64,000 nt of DNA, from positions 26,778-90,777 of IMG/VR virus record IMGVR_UViG_2895548450_000001, one strand, 5' to 3'. The notes beneath the pieces are model-generated. The model saw nothing but the letters and a program-made list of their open reading frames with translations. It had not been told where the DNA came from and did no database searches. The first letter of the stretch is position 1; every line of letters begins with the position of its first letter. A program made the position numbers and the translations under genes. The stretch comes from a virus. Taxonomy: Duplodnaviria > Caudoviricetes. Shown here piece by piece: positions 10,673 through 19,949 of the stretch.

Positions 10673-10708
10673 AAACCCCGAGTGGCCCAACCCTCGGGGT
10701 TTTATTTT
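10673..10708 (+). terminator. Rho-independent terminator in non-coding region
   Basis: AAACCCCGAG/CTCGGGGTTT stem followed by T-rich tail. Confidence 0.65.
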
Positions 10709-10885
10709 ATTACTCGCTTTTTATTCCTAAGGTTTAGTTTTGGGTCTAGGTTCTCGGGTCTAGTATCTCGTTTTTTGTGTGGAGTTCTCGGGCCTAGGTT
10801 CTAGGGTAGTTAGTATAACCTTCCAAAATCCCAAAAATTTTTCAGGTGGAGTGAGAGGGCCACCCCACTATATCACCTCGTTTTC

Positions 10886-10915
10886 TTGCATAAAAACCAC
10901 CCCCCCTTATATAGT
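10886..10915 (+). promoter_or_regulatory. Candidate early sigma70 promoter
   Basis: TTGCAT-18bp-TATAGT upstream of first palindrome and first early gene. Confidence 0.45.
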
Positions 10916-11003
10916 GAATGCAACTCGGGACACCTACCACGAAACACGGACCGAGGGGGGAACATTCCCCCACCGACAAATTAACTTTTAAGGATTGACG
11001 ATT

Positions 11004-11723
11004 ATGACTACTACTACCACTTTCAACGCTTCAGTGTTTGCATCGGCTCTTGTTACTGCTGATAAAAATGATCTACGTGTGCCAGCCGTTAAAATGGCTA
11101 TCGCTTGCTATGCCGTAGCACACAACATGGAAAAAGGCGCTAACATTGCGCTTTGTTGTGACTTGTATGGCGTGCCAGCTAACCAACGTACAAAAGCCAA
11201 CCGTGACAGCTCACGCCTATACAATCAGGCGAAAGGCTATTGGAAAACGTACGTGAAATTCGTAAATGATAACCGCCAATATCTAACCAAGTTTTTCGAC
11301 GCTATAAAAACGATTGAGTTAAACGGCACATTCGCGCAAATCGGTGACAAGGTATTAAACGCGGATATTTACGGCGAAAATGGCGCTCCTCAAGGCCGCG
11401 TTGAATGGCTTAACTTCCTAGGCGAATACTTGCCTAAGGAAGCGAAAGAAGAAAAGCCTAGCAAGGACGCGAAAAGCGAGCCGGTAAAAGGTAAAGATAA
11501 GGAAGGCGGAGCAGCTAAGCGTGCCGCGGATGATAACGTTACAAGTGCTGTTCAGGCCCTTGTTTCTAAGCTTGAAGATCATACTCAAGCGCTGATCAAT
11601 CATCAGCTTGAGGCCCTAGACGCGGCCGGTTTACCTAAGGCACACCGCGCAAAAGTGAGTAAAGCCATGCTCGCACTATCGCTTGAGATTCAAAAGGATC
11701 TCGAAAAGCAACTAACCAAGTAA
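11004..11723 (+). CDS. Hypothetical early protein
   Basis: 239 aa, ATTGACGAT start motif, flanked by two palindromes. Confidence 0.85.
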   Translation: MTTTTTFNASVFASALVTADKNDLRVPAVKMAIACYAVAHNMEKGANIALCCDLYGVPANQRTKANRDSSRLYNQAKGYWKTYVKFVNDNRQYLTKFFDAIKTIELNGTFAQIGDKVLNADIYGENGAPQGRVEWLNFLGEYLPKEAKEEKPSKDAKSEPVKGKDKEGGAAKRAADDNVTSAVQALVSKLEDHTQALINHQLEALDAAGLPKAHRAKVSKAMLALSLEIQKDLEKQLTK

Positions 11724-11763
11724 GCCCAGCGGGGGGAACATTCCCCCCTCAATTCGAGAAACG

Positions 11764-11807
11764 AAAAACCGATTAGCACGGCTAGTGCTAATCGGTTTTT
11801 TCTTTTT
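11764..11807 (+). terminator. Strong terminator (possibly bidirectional)
   Basis: 16-bp perfect stem AAAAACCGATTAGCAC/GTGCTAATCGGTTTTT. Confidence 0.8.
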
Positions 11808-11884
11808 CGCAAAGCTATTAAGCGCGTGCCTACATCATGTGTGTACCCGTGTGGGTGTGTGCTGGTGGATGTGTGTACCAGTGC

Positions 11885-11919
11885 CTAGGCTCTAGGCTCT
11901 AGGCTCTAGGGTCTAGGCT
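11885..11919 (+). repeat. Tandem CTAGGCT heptamer x5 (one variant)
   Basis: ctaggct ctaggct ctaggct ctagggt ctaggct. Confidence 0.9.
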
Positions 11920-12030
11920 GGTGGATTGTGATAGCAATTCGCGTGAAGGGAATTTGGAGAAACTGGGGGCCGTGACTGTCGCGGCGATTTTAGGGGGGAA
12001 CATTCTCCCCCAATATGAGGGAATAATATT

Positions 12031-12291
12031 ATGAAAATACCAATGCGAATTTTGAGACAGAACAAGGGTTTGAATCTGGGGACCACAGAATATATAAACG
12101 ACAAGAAAGTTTGGTTCCATAAACTTGAGTTGGTAGGTACAACCGCTCAGCTTGAGCGCTGGTGGCGAATGCGCCAGCGTAGACCTAATCCACTTAAAGA
12201 CTTGGATGAGGTTGTTATGTACAACGTTGAGCATGAAGGCGTGCTTGAGTGTGCAGAGGTTCAGGAAATAATTGCTCGTTACGAGCGCTAA
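12031..12291 (+). CDS. Hypothetical protein
   Basis: 86 aa, GAGG RBS, bounded by palindromes. Confidence 0.75.
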   Translation: MKIPMRILRQNKGLNLGTTEYINDKKVWFHKLELVGTTAQLERWWRMRQRRPNPLKDLDEVVMYNVEHEGVLECAEVQEIIARYER

Positions 12292-12332
12292 TTAAGGGGG
12301 GAACATTCCCCCCAGATACAAGGAAATTGATG

Positions 12333-12593
12333 ATGATTACACGTTCTGATTTAGCTTTATTTATCGCGTTTATGGTTCACTTTATGTTGCTGGTGGCTGG
12401 GTTCACGGTCCTCATTTCGAGTCCCGAGGTCCTGGGATTGGGGGGCGTTACGTGTTGGGCCAGTATACCGCTCTTTTGTATCTCTATCGTGAGTCTCTAC
12501 GGCGAAAAACTAGACAAAAGAAGTAACTTGGCGCGGGTGGTATTTCGCTTCAATTGGTGGAAGCTGGCTTTCGTTCTAAAAAATAGAATCTAG
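12333..12593 (+). CDS. Small membrane protein
   Basis: Two hydrophobic segments; GGAAATTGATGATG start variant. Confidence 0.7.
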   Translation: MITRSDLALFIAFMVHFMLLVAGFTVLISSPEVLGLGGVTCWASIPLFCISIVSLYGEKLDKRSNLARVVFRFNWWKLAFVLKNRI

Positions 12594-12827
12594 AGTCTAG
12601 GCTGGTGGTTTTTGGTTCGAGAAAAAAGGATAAAAAACTCGAATCGAGGCTTGACAGCGAGGAAATTGGAGCAGGTCCGACTTCGACCCAAGGGCCTCTA
12701 TCCAAGCTTCTCGCATGAGATTATGGGACGATTAAAAAGCGTCTGTAAAGCATTTTAAAAACTCGGGTATTCACACATACCCTAAAAAAGGGGGGAACAT
12801 TCCCCCCCCAATTACGGGAAATTGACG

Positions 12828-13136
12828 ATGGAATTTAAAAATGTACGTATTCAATTTGGCTGGAATAAGCCGGTTGTTGTCCTCCAATATGGCACCCTGC
12901 AATACGAGATTGGCACGCTAGAATTGAAGGGCGTAACACTCATGCAGCTAGGCAGTTTGAACCCAGAACACGTAGCAAAGCATCACCAAATGTTGTTAGT
13001 TTGCGAAATGAGCACAACAATAAGACTGGCAAAAACCGATGTTCCCGAGCCAGTTAATACGTGTTCCCGTAAACTTTTTGATGAAACCGCTCTGGAACAG
13101 CCAAAAGTAGCACTCAACACCAATTTAAGCGCCTAG
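12828..13136 (+). CDS. Hypothetical protein
   Basis: GGAAATTGACGATG start motif. Confidence 0.65.
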   Translation: MEFKNVRIQFGWNKPVVVLQYGTLQYEIGTLELKGVTLMQLGSLNPEHVAKHHQMLLVCEMSTTIRLAKTDVPEPVNTCSRKLFDETALEQPKVALNTNLSA

Positions 13137-13331
13137 ATTCAAGCACTTAGATTTTGTGTTCCCATAAACTTTCTTGGCCTTTTTTCGCAAATCGTGAAAC
13201 GGTAGAATGCGGGTTGTAGCTGTGCAAATTTTGTACAGTTACGCGTAACCGGCACTGCTGCGAAATATCCACGCAATGGCGTGGTTTACAAGGGCTGAAG
13301 ACGCAGTGGCAAAAATGTTCCCACAAACTTT
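13061..13331 (+). repeat. Three TGTTCCCRYAAACTTT direct repeats
   Basis: Copies at 13062, 13157, 13316, followed by AT-rich tract. Confidence 0.75.
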
Positions 13332-13724
13332 CGTTATTATATGTACATTTATATACTCAACTGAGAACATTTTTTAAGAAGTATACTTTTAAAAACTTTG
13401 CTTTCGTTTTAATTCGTACCTAAGGTTTATTTACACACAATGTTCTCGTTCCTCCTTGTGACTTGCTGCTAGTCGCAGTGATCGGGCAAACGACCTTTGA
13501 GTGACGCGCTGTAACCTTTGCGCGTTTGGGATTTTGGCTTGGCCCTCTCGTCTCACTGTCGCAACGAGCAACAACCCCTAAAAAACGTGAGCCACACCCA
13601 AATTGTGTTTTTTGGCCTTAACAGGCCATTGCAATTGACTCGGGCATTTTGCCCTTGTATAACTGAAATCCGCCCTTCGGGGTGTTACGGCGTGAGCCGA
13701 TTAATTAACTAGGAAATTGACGAT

Positions 13725-14111
13725 ATGACTAAATCCATTCCCCAACCTGTAAACCAGACTGCGCCCTCCCCTCACGAACTCATGCGCCAAACCCAGCGCG
13801 AGATTGCTGAAGCTGTCATGAACATGAAAGCCAAGCAAATCGAATGTCTCATTGGCCTGTACAGAAAATCGGATGCCTTGGAAGGTACCGACGACCTAGG
13901 CGAAATGTATCGTCGTACTCAAATGCTCAGTCAAGAACTCGACCTGGACTTTTCCGTCGTCCAAAAACTCGTCGATTTTGGCTTCAATTGTGGTGTTGAA
14001 TGCGCGGCCTCTATCGCATCCTCAGCGGGTGCAATGGAAAAGGTGCTAGGTAAGGACGAATCTTGCGAGAAGTCTCCGTGTAGTGACGCTGCGGCGCGAG
14101 AATCGGCATAG
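13725..14111 (+). CDS. Hypothetical protein
   Basis: Start motif, 128 aa. Confidence 0.75.
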   Translation: MTKSIPQPVNQTAPSPHELMRQTQREIAEAVMNMKAKQIECLIGLYRKSDALEGTDDLGEMYRRTQMLSQELDLDFSVVQKLVDFGFNCGVECAASIASSAGAMEKVLGKDESCEKSPCSDAAARESA

Positions 14112-14142
14112 TAAACACCAACAATTAGTGAGATTGACGATT

Positions 14143-14448
14143 ATGAGTGTAAAAGTGACTAAAAGTTCGAATCTAAATTCGATGCTTATGAAACATTGTG
14201 TGCGGGTTATTTCTCTTTTGGATGAATTGAAAAAGTTGTGTGATTTACAAGGCACGGTTCATCTTGACGGCGATTATCCGTTGGCTATTACGGGGACGGA
14301 TAGAACGTGTGTTGGCCCTTTCAATGTAAGTGGTGGATGGTTTCAGACAATTATCGCCCGTCGTAAAGCCGAAATTATCGATGAGCTCTTCGATATGGGG
14401 CATGATCTTACTTCCTTCGAAGAGCCTGAGGAAGCGGACGATGAGTAA
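14143..14448 (+). CDS. Hypothetical protein
   Basis: Start motif; start corrected from ORF track. Confidence 0.7.
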   Translation: MSVKVTKSSNLNSMLMKHCVRVISLLDELKKLCDLQGTVHLDGDYPLAITGTDRTCVGPFNVSGGWFQTIIARRKAEIIDELFDMGHDLTSFEEPEEADDE

Positions 14449-14935
14449 AAACCTCCCTATTTTTCGCCGGATGATTGCCGTTGCACACACGGCTCGAAAC
14501 TGTGGTCGTTTGGCTATGACGCTTGAAGGTGAAGATGAGGGCTCTCGGGCCTCAATTGATAACCTCAAGCCGATAACCAAAGACACGCCGCACACGACAA
14601 TCGAGGGTTACTGTGTCCGTGACGAGAAGATTCGGTCCTTGATGGGCTGGAAGTATACGCACTGGATGTTAATTGAATCGGCGTTTATCTGTGCCTTGGT
14701 GGAAGAAGTGAGTATCGCGTTGGAGGATTTTGAAGCGGGGTCGTTGCTGATTGACTCGCTCTTGGGTGTGAATATCCACATTCGCCGGTATTCGGCCGAA
14801 GGTATAGGGATTGACCGCGATAAAATCAAAAGCTTTGCGTGGTTGTATCTGGGCAGTGAATACCTTGATGATTTTATCAGCTATGCCGATTACCTTCTGG
14901 CCATGCTTGAGGTGAGAGCCCAAGACGCTGCGTAA
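14441..14935 (+). CDS. Hypothetical protein
   Basis: Overlaps upstream stop; ends at palindrome. Confidence 0.7.
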   Translation: MSKNLPIFRRMIAVAHTARNCGRLAMTLEGEDEGSRASIDNLKPITKDTPHTTIEGYCVRDEKIRSLMGWKYTHWMLIESAFICALVEEVSIALEDFEAGSLLIDSLLGVNIHIRRYSAEGIGIDRDKIKSFAWLYLGSEYLDDFISYADYLLAMLEVRAQDAA

Positions 14936-15003
14936 GATGCGAAGGGGGAGAATGTTCCCCCCCTGATTTGGTAATTAACTTTTAAAAATTGGAAATTGAC
15001 GTT

Positions 15004-15492
15004 ATGACTAGACTAACTGATTGTGGTCCTTACACCCCTACTGAGAAACGCGCTATCACTCGAGCGCTAAACATCATTCGTGAGAAACAGCCTAACTTCT
15101 ATGGGCGCTCAAAGATAACCAACGTTGACGCATGTAAAACCTACTGTGCACTACAACTGGCCGATGGTTCTCGCGAACGTTTTCTTTGTCTGTTCCTAGA
15201 TTCCCAGCATGGTTTGATTGCCGGTGAAATTCTGTTTGAAGGCACGATAAACTCGGCCTCGGTTTTCCCTCGTGAAATTATTCGTCGTGTTTTAGAGCTG
15301 AATGCTGCGGAGGTAATAATCGCACATAACCATCCTTCGGGCCATCCTGAGCCAAGCACAGCGGATATTCGTTTGACACAAGAAATTAAACAGGCGTTGT
15401 CGGCTATCGATGTGCCGTTACTAGACCATATCATCGTAGGCAACGGCCAAGGATGCCCAACCATTTCTCTTTCACAACGAGGTGACTTATGA
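15004..15492 (+). CDS. radC: RadC-like JAB-domain protein
   Basis: ERFLCLFLD, GTINSASVFPREI, AHNHPSG..PS.AD, LLDHIIVG. Confidence 0.92.
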   Translation: MTRLTDCGPYTPTEKRAITRALNIIREKQPNFYGRSKITNVDACKTYCALQLADGSRERFLCLFLDSQHGLIAGEILFEGTINSASVFPREIIRRVLELNAAEVIIAHNHPSGHPEPSTADIRLTQEIKQALSAIDVPLLDHIIVGNGQGCPTISLSQRGDL

Positions 15493-15986
15493 GTACCGGT
15501 AATTTTCCACTGTTAGAACTGTTAATCGAGACCATGGAACAAGTGGTTGCGTCTAACCTAGATTTTCGGATGGATGATTTCTATTTGGATAGGGATACCG
15601 CAGACCAAGCTACAGATATTCACACTTGTGGTACGGCAGCGTGTGTTGCTGGGTATGGTGCGGTTAACCCTAAAATTCAGAAATTCTTGGAAGTAGATAT
15701 GCCCTACTTCCGAGCGGCAGAAACGGCTGAGGATATTGCGGACTATTTGTTAGAAGAAATCGGCTATTTAGGCTACTCCGTTTTTGCAAGTAAAGCTTAC
15801 GAAAGATATCAACATGCCGCTGATTATCTACCAGAAACCGACCTTGAGTTTGAGCACTTGCACAAAGATGAGCCCGAGGCCAAGGAAACCCTGAAGTACA
15901 TGAAGCATGTGCTGGCCTTCAAAGAGCGTGAGCTTAAGCGCTGGGAGCGTGAGGAAGCGGAAGAGGAAGCGGAAGATGAAAAATGA
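15489..15986 (+). CDS. Hypothetical protein, HTCGTxACVAG family (paralog 1)
   Basis: Similar to N-half of 17203..18099. Confidence 0.8.
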   Translation: MSTGNFPLLELLIETMEQVVASNLDFRMDDFYLDRDTADQATDIHTCGTAACVAGYGAVNPKIQKFLEVDMPYFRAAETAEDIADYLLEEIGYLGYSVFASKAYERYQHAADYLPETDLEFEHLHKDEPEAKETLKYMKHVLAFKERELKRWEREEAEEEAEDEK

Positions 15987-16308
15987 GCATGGAATTGAAA
16001 TTGAACTAGGTACCGTGAGCCGCGCTACGCACCGGACTCAGGATTTAATCCCGACGTTTCTGGATGTTGTCCGTCAGTATGCCGACGCGGAGTATACCCA
16101 GATAATGGCCGCACCTTTCAGCTTTGTTCCAGCATGGGTAACCGATGAAGGTGACGACTGCGATTGGTGGGACAGTGAAGAGGCCGGTTACAAGCTTGAA
16201 GAACTGTTCGATATTTTAGATAACCAAGCCCCCGAAGGATATTATTTTGGGGCTCACGAGGGTGATGGTTCTGATTTTGGCTATTGGCCTCTCCCTGATG
16301 AGAACTAA
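15976..16308 (+). CDS. Acidic hypothetical protein
   Basis: Ends APEGYYFGAHEGDGSDFGYW; coupled to upstream gene. Confidence 0.75.
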   Translation: MKNEHGIEIELGTVSRATHRTQDLIPTFLDVVRQYADAEYTQIMAAPFSFVPAWVTDEGDDCDWWDSEEAGYKLEELFDILDNQAPEGYYFGAHEGDGSDFGYWPLPDEN

Positions 16309-16355
16309 ACGATAACGAGGGTGGGAACATTCCCCCCCTCTTTTGGAGATTGACG

Positions 16356-16511
16356 ATGCGCCAAGTGTGCAAAAAGTGTGGTGGCACCATGCTAGGAGAC
16401 GGGTATAAAACGGTTGAGCACTGCGAGTTTTCTACCGACCCAGAAATTGACTTTATGGCCCCTGATGAAGGGCCAGTTTATTGTGACTTTAAGGAAATTG
16501 ACGATGAGTGA
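16356..16511 (+). CDS. 51-aa Cys-rich protein (not in ORF track)
   Basis: MRQVCKKCGG...EIDDE; follows palindrome and GGAGATTGACGATG. Confidence 0.7.
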   Translation: MRQVCKKCGGTMLGDGYKTVEHCEFSTDPEIDFMAPDEGPVYCDFKEIDDE

Positions 16512-16992
16512 TTTAAAAGAATTCAAAATTGTTCTCGAAGAGAGCGATACGGGCCGACAGCTAGTTTTACCTAACGTCATGGCCAGCGATTATGACGTTG
16601 CTGAAGCGTATGGTAACCATGTTGCGGCGGACCTACCGGTTTCTGACATTGACCGACAACAAGGCTTTGGCATGAGTGAAACGTCGTGGTCTTGTTACCC
16701 TGAAGAAGTGAAGCCCGAACCTGAAAAAATGCGTCGTATGGAGTGGAACACGGGTCGTCACTATGGTCCAGAGGGTCAGATTATTCGAGCAGTTGAATAT
16801 AAAAACGTTGTAGATGAAACCCTCACGCTGTCGGGCGTCTTGTTGCAGGATATGACTCGAAAGCTTTGCTATCAGATTGAGGACTGTGCTTTCACCCAAA
16901 CCGCGATCTTACATCGTTACGACTTTGGTGGGCATCGTAACTATTCCACAGCCGAGTTCGAAAAAGCCTGGGCGGAGGCCGTAGACGTATGA
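16504..16992 (+). CDS. Hypothetical protein
   Basis: Start motif; start corrected. Confidence 0.75.
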   Translation: MSDLKEFKIVLEESDTGRQLVLPNVMASDYDVAEAYGNHVAADLPVSDIDRQQGFGMSETSWSCYPEEVKPEPEKMRRMEWNTGRHYGPEGQIIRAVEYKNVVDETLTLSGVLLQDMTRKLCYQIEDCAFTQTAILHRYDFGGHRNYSTAEFEKAWAEAVDV

Positions 16993-17210
16993 GTGAAGAC
17001 ACCCCGAAGATAAAGCGTCCCAGAAACAAGACGCTTATTGAAGTTATCACTTACCTTGAGTCGATAAACCTAAATGTTTACGGCCCTGCGCTTTGTTTAG
17101 AAACGGGTAAAAAGTCCTTTGGTTTTATGGACTATTCCCCCGAGAACGTACTTAAGTACCGCAAGTTACTGGAAGCGAGAAAAATTGCTGAGGAAATTGA
17201 CGATGAATAA
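16989..17210 (+). CDS. Hypothetical protein
   Basis: ATGA overlap with upstream gene. Confidence 0.7.
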   Translation: MSEDTPKIKRPRNKTLIEVITYLESINLNVYGPALCLETGKKSFGFMDYSPENVLKYRKLLEARKIAEEIDDE

Positions 17211-18099
17211 CCAACCACCAAAAGTAAACCCGCGTTTTCCCCTACTCCGCATGTTAATTGCGACGATGGAGGAAGTCGTTAAGGCTGAGTTGCCTTTGAA
17301 AATGACTGTCTACTTTGATAGTCCTGCGGTGGCTAAGGACGCGAAAGATATTCACACCTGTGGAACTCCGGCTTGTGTCGCTGGCTATGGTGCGGTCACG
17401 CCAGAAATTCAGAAATTAGTGGGTGTAGATACCGAGGATTTTCGAAGCCAAATCGCAGCGGAGCAAGTTTTTTGGGCCTTACACCATGAAATAGGCAATC
17501 TTGCGGAGTCAATCGTCGCAGGGTCACTTTATCTAAGACGCTCGGCAGCAGAAACCTATCTCCCCCCTGAGTCCAAACGTTTCCAGCATCTATTAGTGGA
17601 GGAACCTACCGCGCTGGACGCGTTGGAGTTTATGAAGCATGTGCTGGACCTGTTGTTAAATGGCCGTGTTGGAGTGAATGAAAGAAGACAGCCACACCCT
17701 CACAGATACACCTCAGAAGAGATTTTGGCGGATAAGGATATTGCGTTCTACAACATCCCCGAAAGAGTCAGTTCCGGTATGCCTATTCACTACATAATAG
17801 CGGATGAGGAATGGGGCTGGATGAACTTCGTTGAAGGTAAGTACAGCATTCACGACTACATCATGAAAAACCTTGAGTGGGTTGACCCTGATGATCCTGA
17901 AGCGGAAAACCAAGTGCCGGTTCTCACTATCACTTGTGCCGATGAATTGAGTCGAGCGCTCGATGCCGATTGTGGAGGGGCGGGTAAAGCCGCGTGCTTG
18001 GCGGACGATACCGCGCTACAGGCTATTTTCTTCTCGCTGTATCAAGAAGACTGGAACGAACGTTTGGAGGACTTTGACGATGCCAAAGAAGAAGAATAA
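17203..18099 (+). CDS. Hypothetical protein, HTCGTxACVAG family (paralog 2) with extra acidic domain
   Basis: Start motif; similarity to 15489..15986. Confidence 0.8.
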   Translation: MNNQPPKVNPRFPLLRMLIATMEEVVKAELPLKMTVYFDSPAVAKDAKDIHTCGTPACVAGYGAVTPEIQKLVGVDTEDFRSQIAAEQVFWALHHEIGNLAESIVAGSLYLRRSAAETYLPPESKRFQHLLVEEPTALDALEFMKHVLDLLLNGRVGVNERRQPHPHRYTSEEILADKDIAFYNIPERVSSGMPIHYIIADEEWGWMNFVEGKYSIHDYIMKNLEWVDPDDPEAENQVPVLTITCADELSRALDADCGGAGKAACLADDTALQAIFFSLYQEDWNERLEDFDDAKEEE

Positions 18100-18340
18100 A
18101 AACGTCCACATGATTGTGTGCCGTAGGCCGAATTCGGAGGAATTTAGTTTCTGGCCTCCGAAGATATTTCATGGTCGCGTTGAAGCTATTGCTGAGTTCG
18201 ACAGCACGTTTATTAAGTGTGATTCCTTTGAGGAAACGGGGAGAAAAGAATACTGCGACCAAACAGGCCAGTTATTGTTTTTTGTAACGTCGGCGGGTTT
18301 CCGCTGGCAATTGTATTTAGACCTAGAACCTAACGATTAA
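18080..18340 (+). CDS. Hypothetical protein
   Basis: GGAGG RBS and TTGACGATG start. Confidence 0.65.
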   Translation: MPKKKNKNVHMIVCRRPNSEEFSFWPPKIFHGRVEAIAEFDSTFIKCDSFEETGRKEYCDQTGQLLFFVTSAGFRWQLYLDLEPND

Positions 18341-18363
18341 AATTGACGATAAGGAGAAAAGCC

Positions 18364-18591
18364 GTGAGTAAGATTGGATTAATGACCGCTATTGTGGCGG
18401 GTATGGGGGCCTCGGTCTCTGGGGCGTGGGGTGAGAAAGTAAAAGCTTCACACCTCGAGTCTATCAACCTAGCTAAGAAGTACGCGCCGAAGGTCGACCA
18501 CTTGGGACGAAAGAAGCCTAAAGGTAGCGCTGCGGTCCAGCGTCGTGAAGCGAAAAAGCGAAAAGCGCTTCGAGCGCGTTCGAAGAAATAG
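18364..18591 (+). CDS. Small basic protein
   Basis: AGGAG RBS, GTG start, hydrophobic N-terminus, Lys/Arg tail. Confidence 0.65.
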   Translation: MSKIGLMTAIVAGMGASVSGAWGEKVKASHLESINLAKKYAPKVDHLGRKKPKGSAAVQRREAKKRKALRARSKK

Positions 18592-18600
18592 GGGTTTTTG

Positions 18601-18786
18601 ATGCAATCCAAGCTATTTAAAAACCTCACCCCTGCAAAGGCTGACACGAACTGTTCAAAGTGTCAGTCAGTGATAAGTGACTCAAGACGCCGTGCGATAG
18701 AAATGGAACTTGAGTTGATGGGTTCGAGCAAGAATATCTGCTCGGAGTGTTATGGCCGTGAAGCAGTAATACTTAGCGTGGTTTAG
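18601..18786 (+). CDS. Small Zn-finger protein
   Basis: CxxC...RRRA...CxxC, DksA/TraR C4-like spacing. Confidence 0.6.
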   Translation: MQSKLFKNLTPAKADTNCSKCQSVISDSRRRAIEMELELMGSSKNICSECYGREAVILSVV

Positions 18787-18833
18787 GGGGGAATGTTCTC
18801 CCCCCTTTGGAATTAACTTTTTGGAGATTGACG

Positions 18834-19019
18834 ATGAAAGACGATTTAAAAGATATTGTTCTTAAAAATCTTCTTAAAAAGATTGAGGCTATAAAAATTG
18901 AACCTGAAAGATTCGTTGGATATCGAGGGGTCAATGAGTGTTATGAACCATCTACCGCGGATGGGGAGAAAGTCAAAGAAGTAAAAAAGCTGGCTAAAAA
19001 ACTACGCAAGTTAGTTTAG
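18834..19019 (+). CDS. Hypothetical protein
   Basis: Start motif after palindrome. Confidence 0.65.
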   Translation: MKDDLKDIVLKNLLKKIEAIKIEPERFVGYRGVNECYEPSTADGEKVKEVKKLAKKLRKLV

Positions 19020-19049
19020 AAAATTAACTCTTAAATTTGGAAATTGACG

Positions 19050-19949
19050 ATGCAAATAAACGTAAACAGTTACTTTAGTGGTGCTGGCCTGATGGATGTT
19101 GGGCTGATAAACGCGGGTTTAACGATAAACCAAGCGTTTGAAATTGATAAAGACGCGGTTAAGACGTACCGCGAGAATATTGGTTCCCACGTTCAACAGT
19201 GCGACTTGACCGAAGAACTGGTGTTAAATCAAGAAGAGTGTGACGCTATGATCTTCACCTACCCTTGCACCAAGTATTCAACGATTGGTGATATCCACGG
19301 GGTTAGAACGGGTGACGAGTTGTTCCTTCATGCTTTACGCCACTTGGCCATTCGCAAGCCCGATGCTTATGTTGTGGAAAATGTGCCAGGAATGAGAGCG
19401 TTCCCGCTGGTAATGGAAGCTATGACAAAATTACCAGATTACTACGTTCACGTTTTCTGTCCGGTCCAGTCGCAGCATTGGCTACCCCAGCGTAGAGACC
19501 GTTTGATTATTTTTGGTACCCGCCGACCTTTTGAAGTTCGCCCACCGAAGAACTGTCGTCCGGTCACGCTGGCTGAGATTGTCGAGCACGACCCTGACGT
19601 AACGTTACCCAGTGCTATCAAAGCGCGAATGACGGGTAAGTATCGCGACCTACCAATAATCAGCGACCCGAGCAAAGGTGACTTAGCACCAACCTGTGTT
19701 GCTCACTATGCGAAGGACAAATCAACACGATTACTGGCGGACAAGCGATTCCCCATGGGTGTTCGTCCTTACTCAGTGCGTGAATATGCACGGCTTCAAG
19801 GGGTACCAGATTGGTTTACGTTCCCTGTCTCGGCAACAGCCGCATACCGCCAGATTGGTAATGGTGTATCGGTACCGAAAGGTGAATGGGTAGGCGGCGA
19901 GTTGTACCGCTATTTTCAACAAAGTAAAAAATTAGACAAGGTGGCTTAA
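19050..19949 (+). CDS. C5-cytosine DNA methyltransferase (orphan)
   Basis: FSGAG, PC catalytic, ENV, QRRDR, REYARLQG, QIGNGV motifs. Confidence 0.93.
   Translation: MQINVNSYFSGAGLMDVGLINAGLTINQAFEIDKDAVKTYRENIGSHVQQCDLTEELVLNQEECDAMIFTYPCTKYSTIGDIHGVRTGDELFLHALRHLAIRKPDAYVVENVPGMRAFPLVMEAMTKLPDYYVHVFCPVQSQHWLPQRRDRLIIFGTRRPFEVRPPKNCRPVTLAEIVEHDPDVTLPSAIKARMTGKYRDLPIISDPSKGDLAPTCVAHYAKDKSTRLLADKRFPMGVRPYSVREYARLQGVPDWFTFPVSATAAYRQIGNGVSVPKGEWVGGELYRYFQQSKKLDKVA

Larger units (their letters stand above)
11861..12608 (+). other. Cluster of five GCTGGTGG (Chi) octamers
   Basis: Exact copies at 11861, 11917, 12158, 12389, 12601, all + strand. Confidence 0.8.

Noticed and set aside
11839-11880. 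GT-rich tract as an integrated DRT3 product
   Set aside because: Imperfect, contains Chi, lies in a different element; no supporting link
13220-13238. Possible LexA box CTGT…ACAG
   Set aside because: Spacer is 11 nt, not 8
10779-13712. ORFs 10779..10991, 11899..12234 and 13518..13712
   Set aside because: Run through repeats or regulatory DNA, weak starts, lack the start motif
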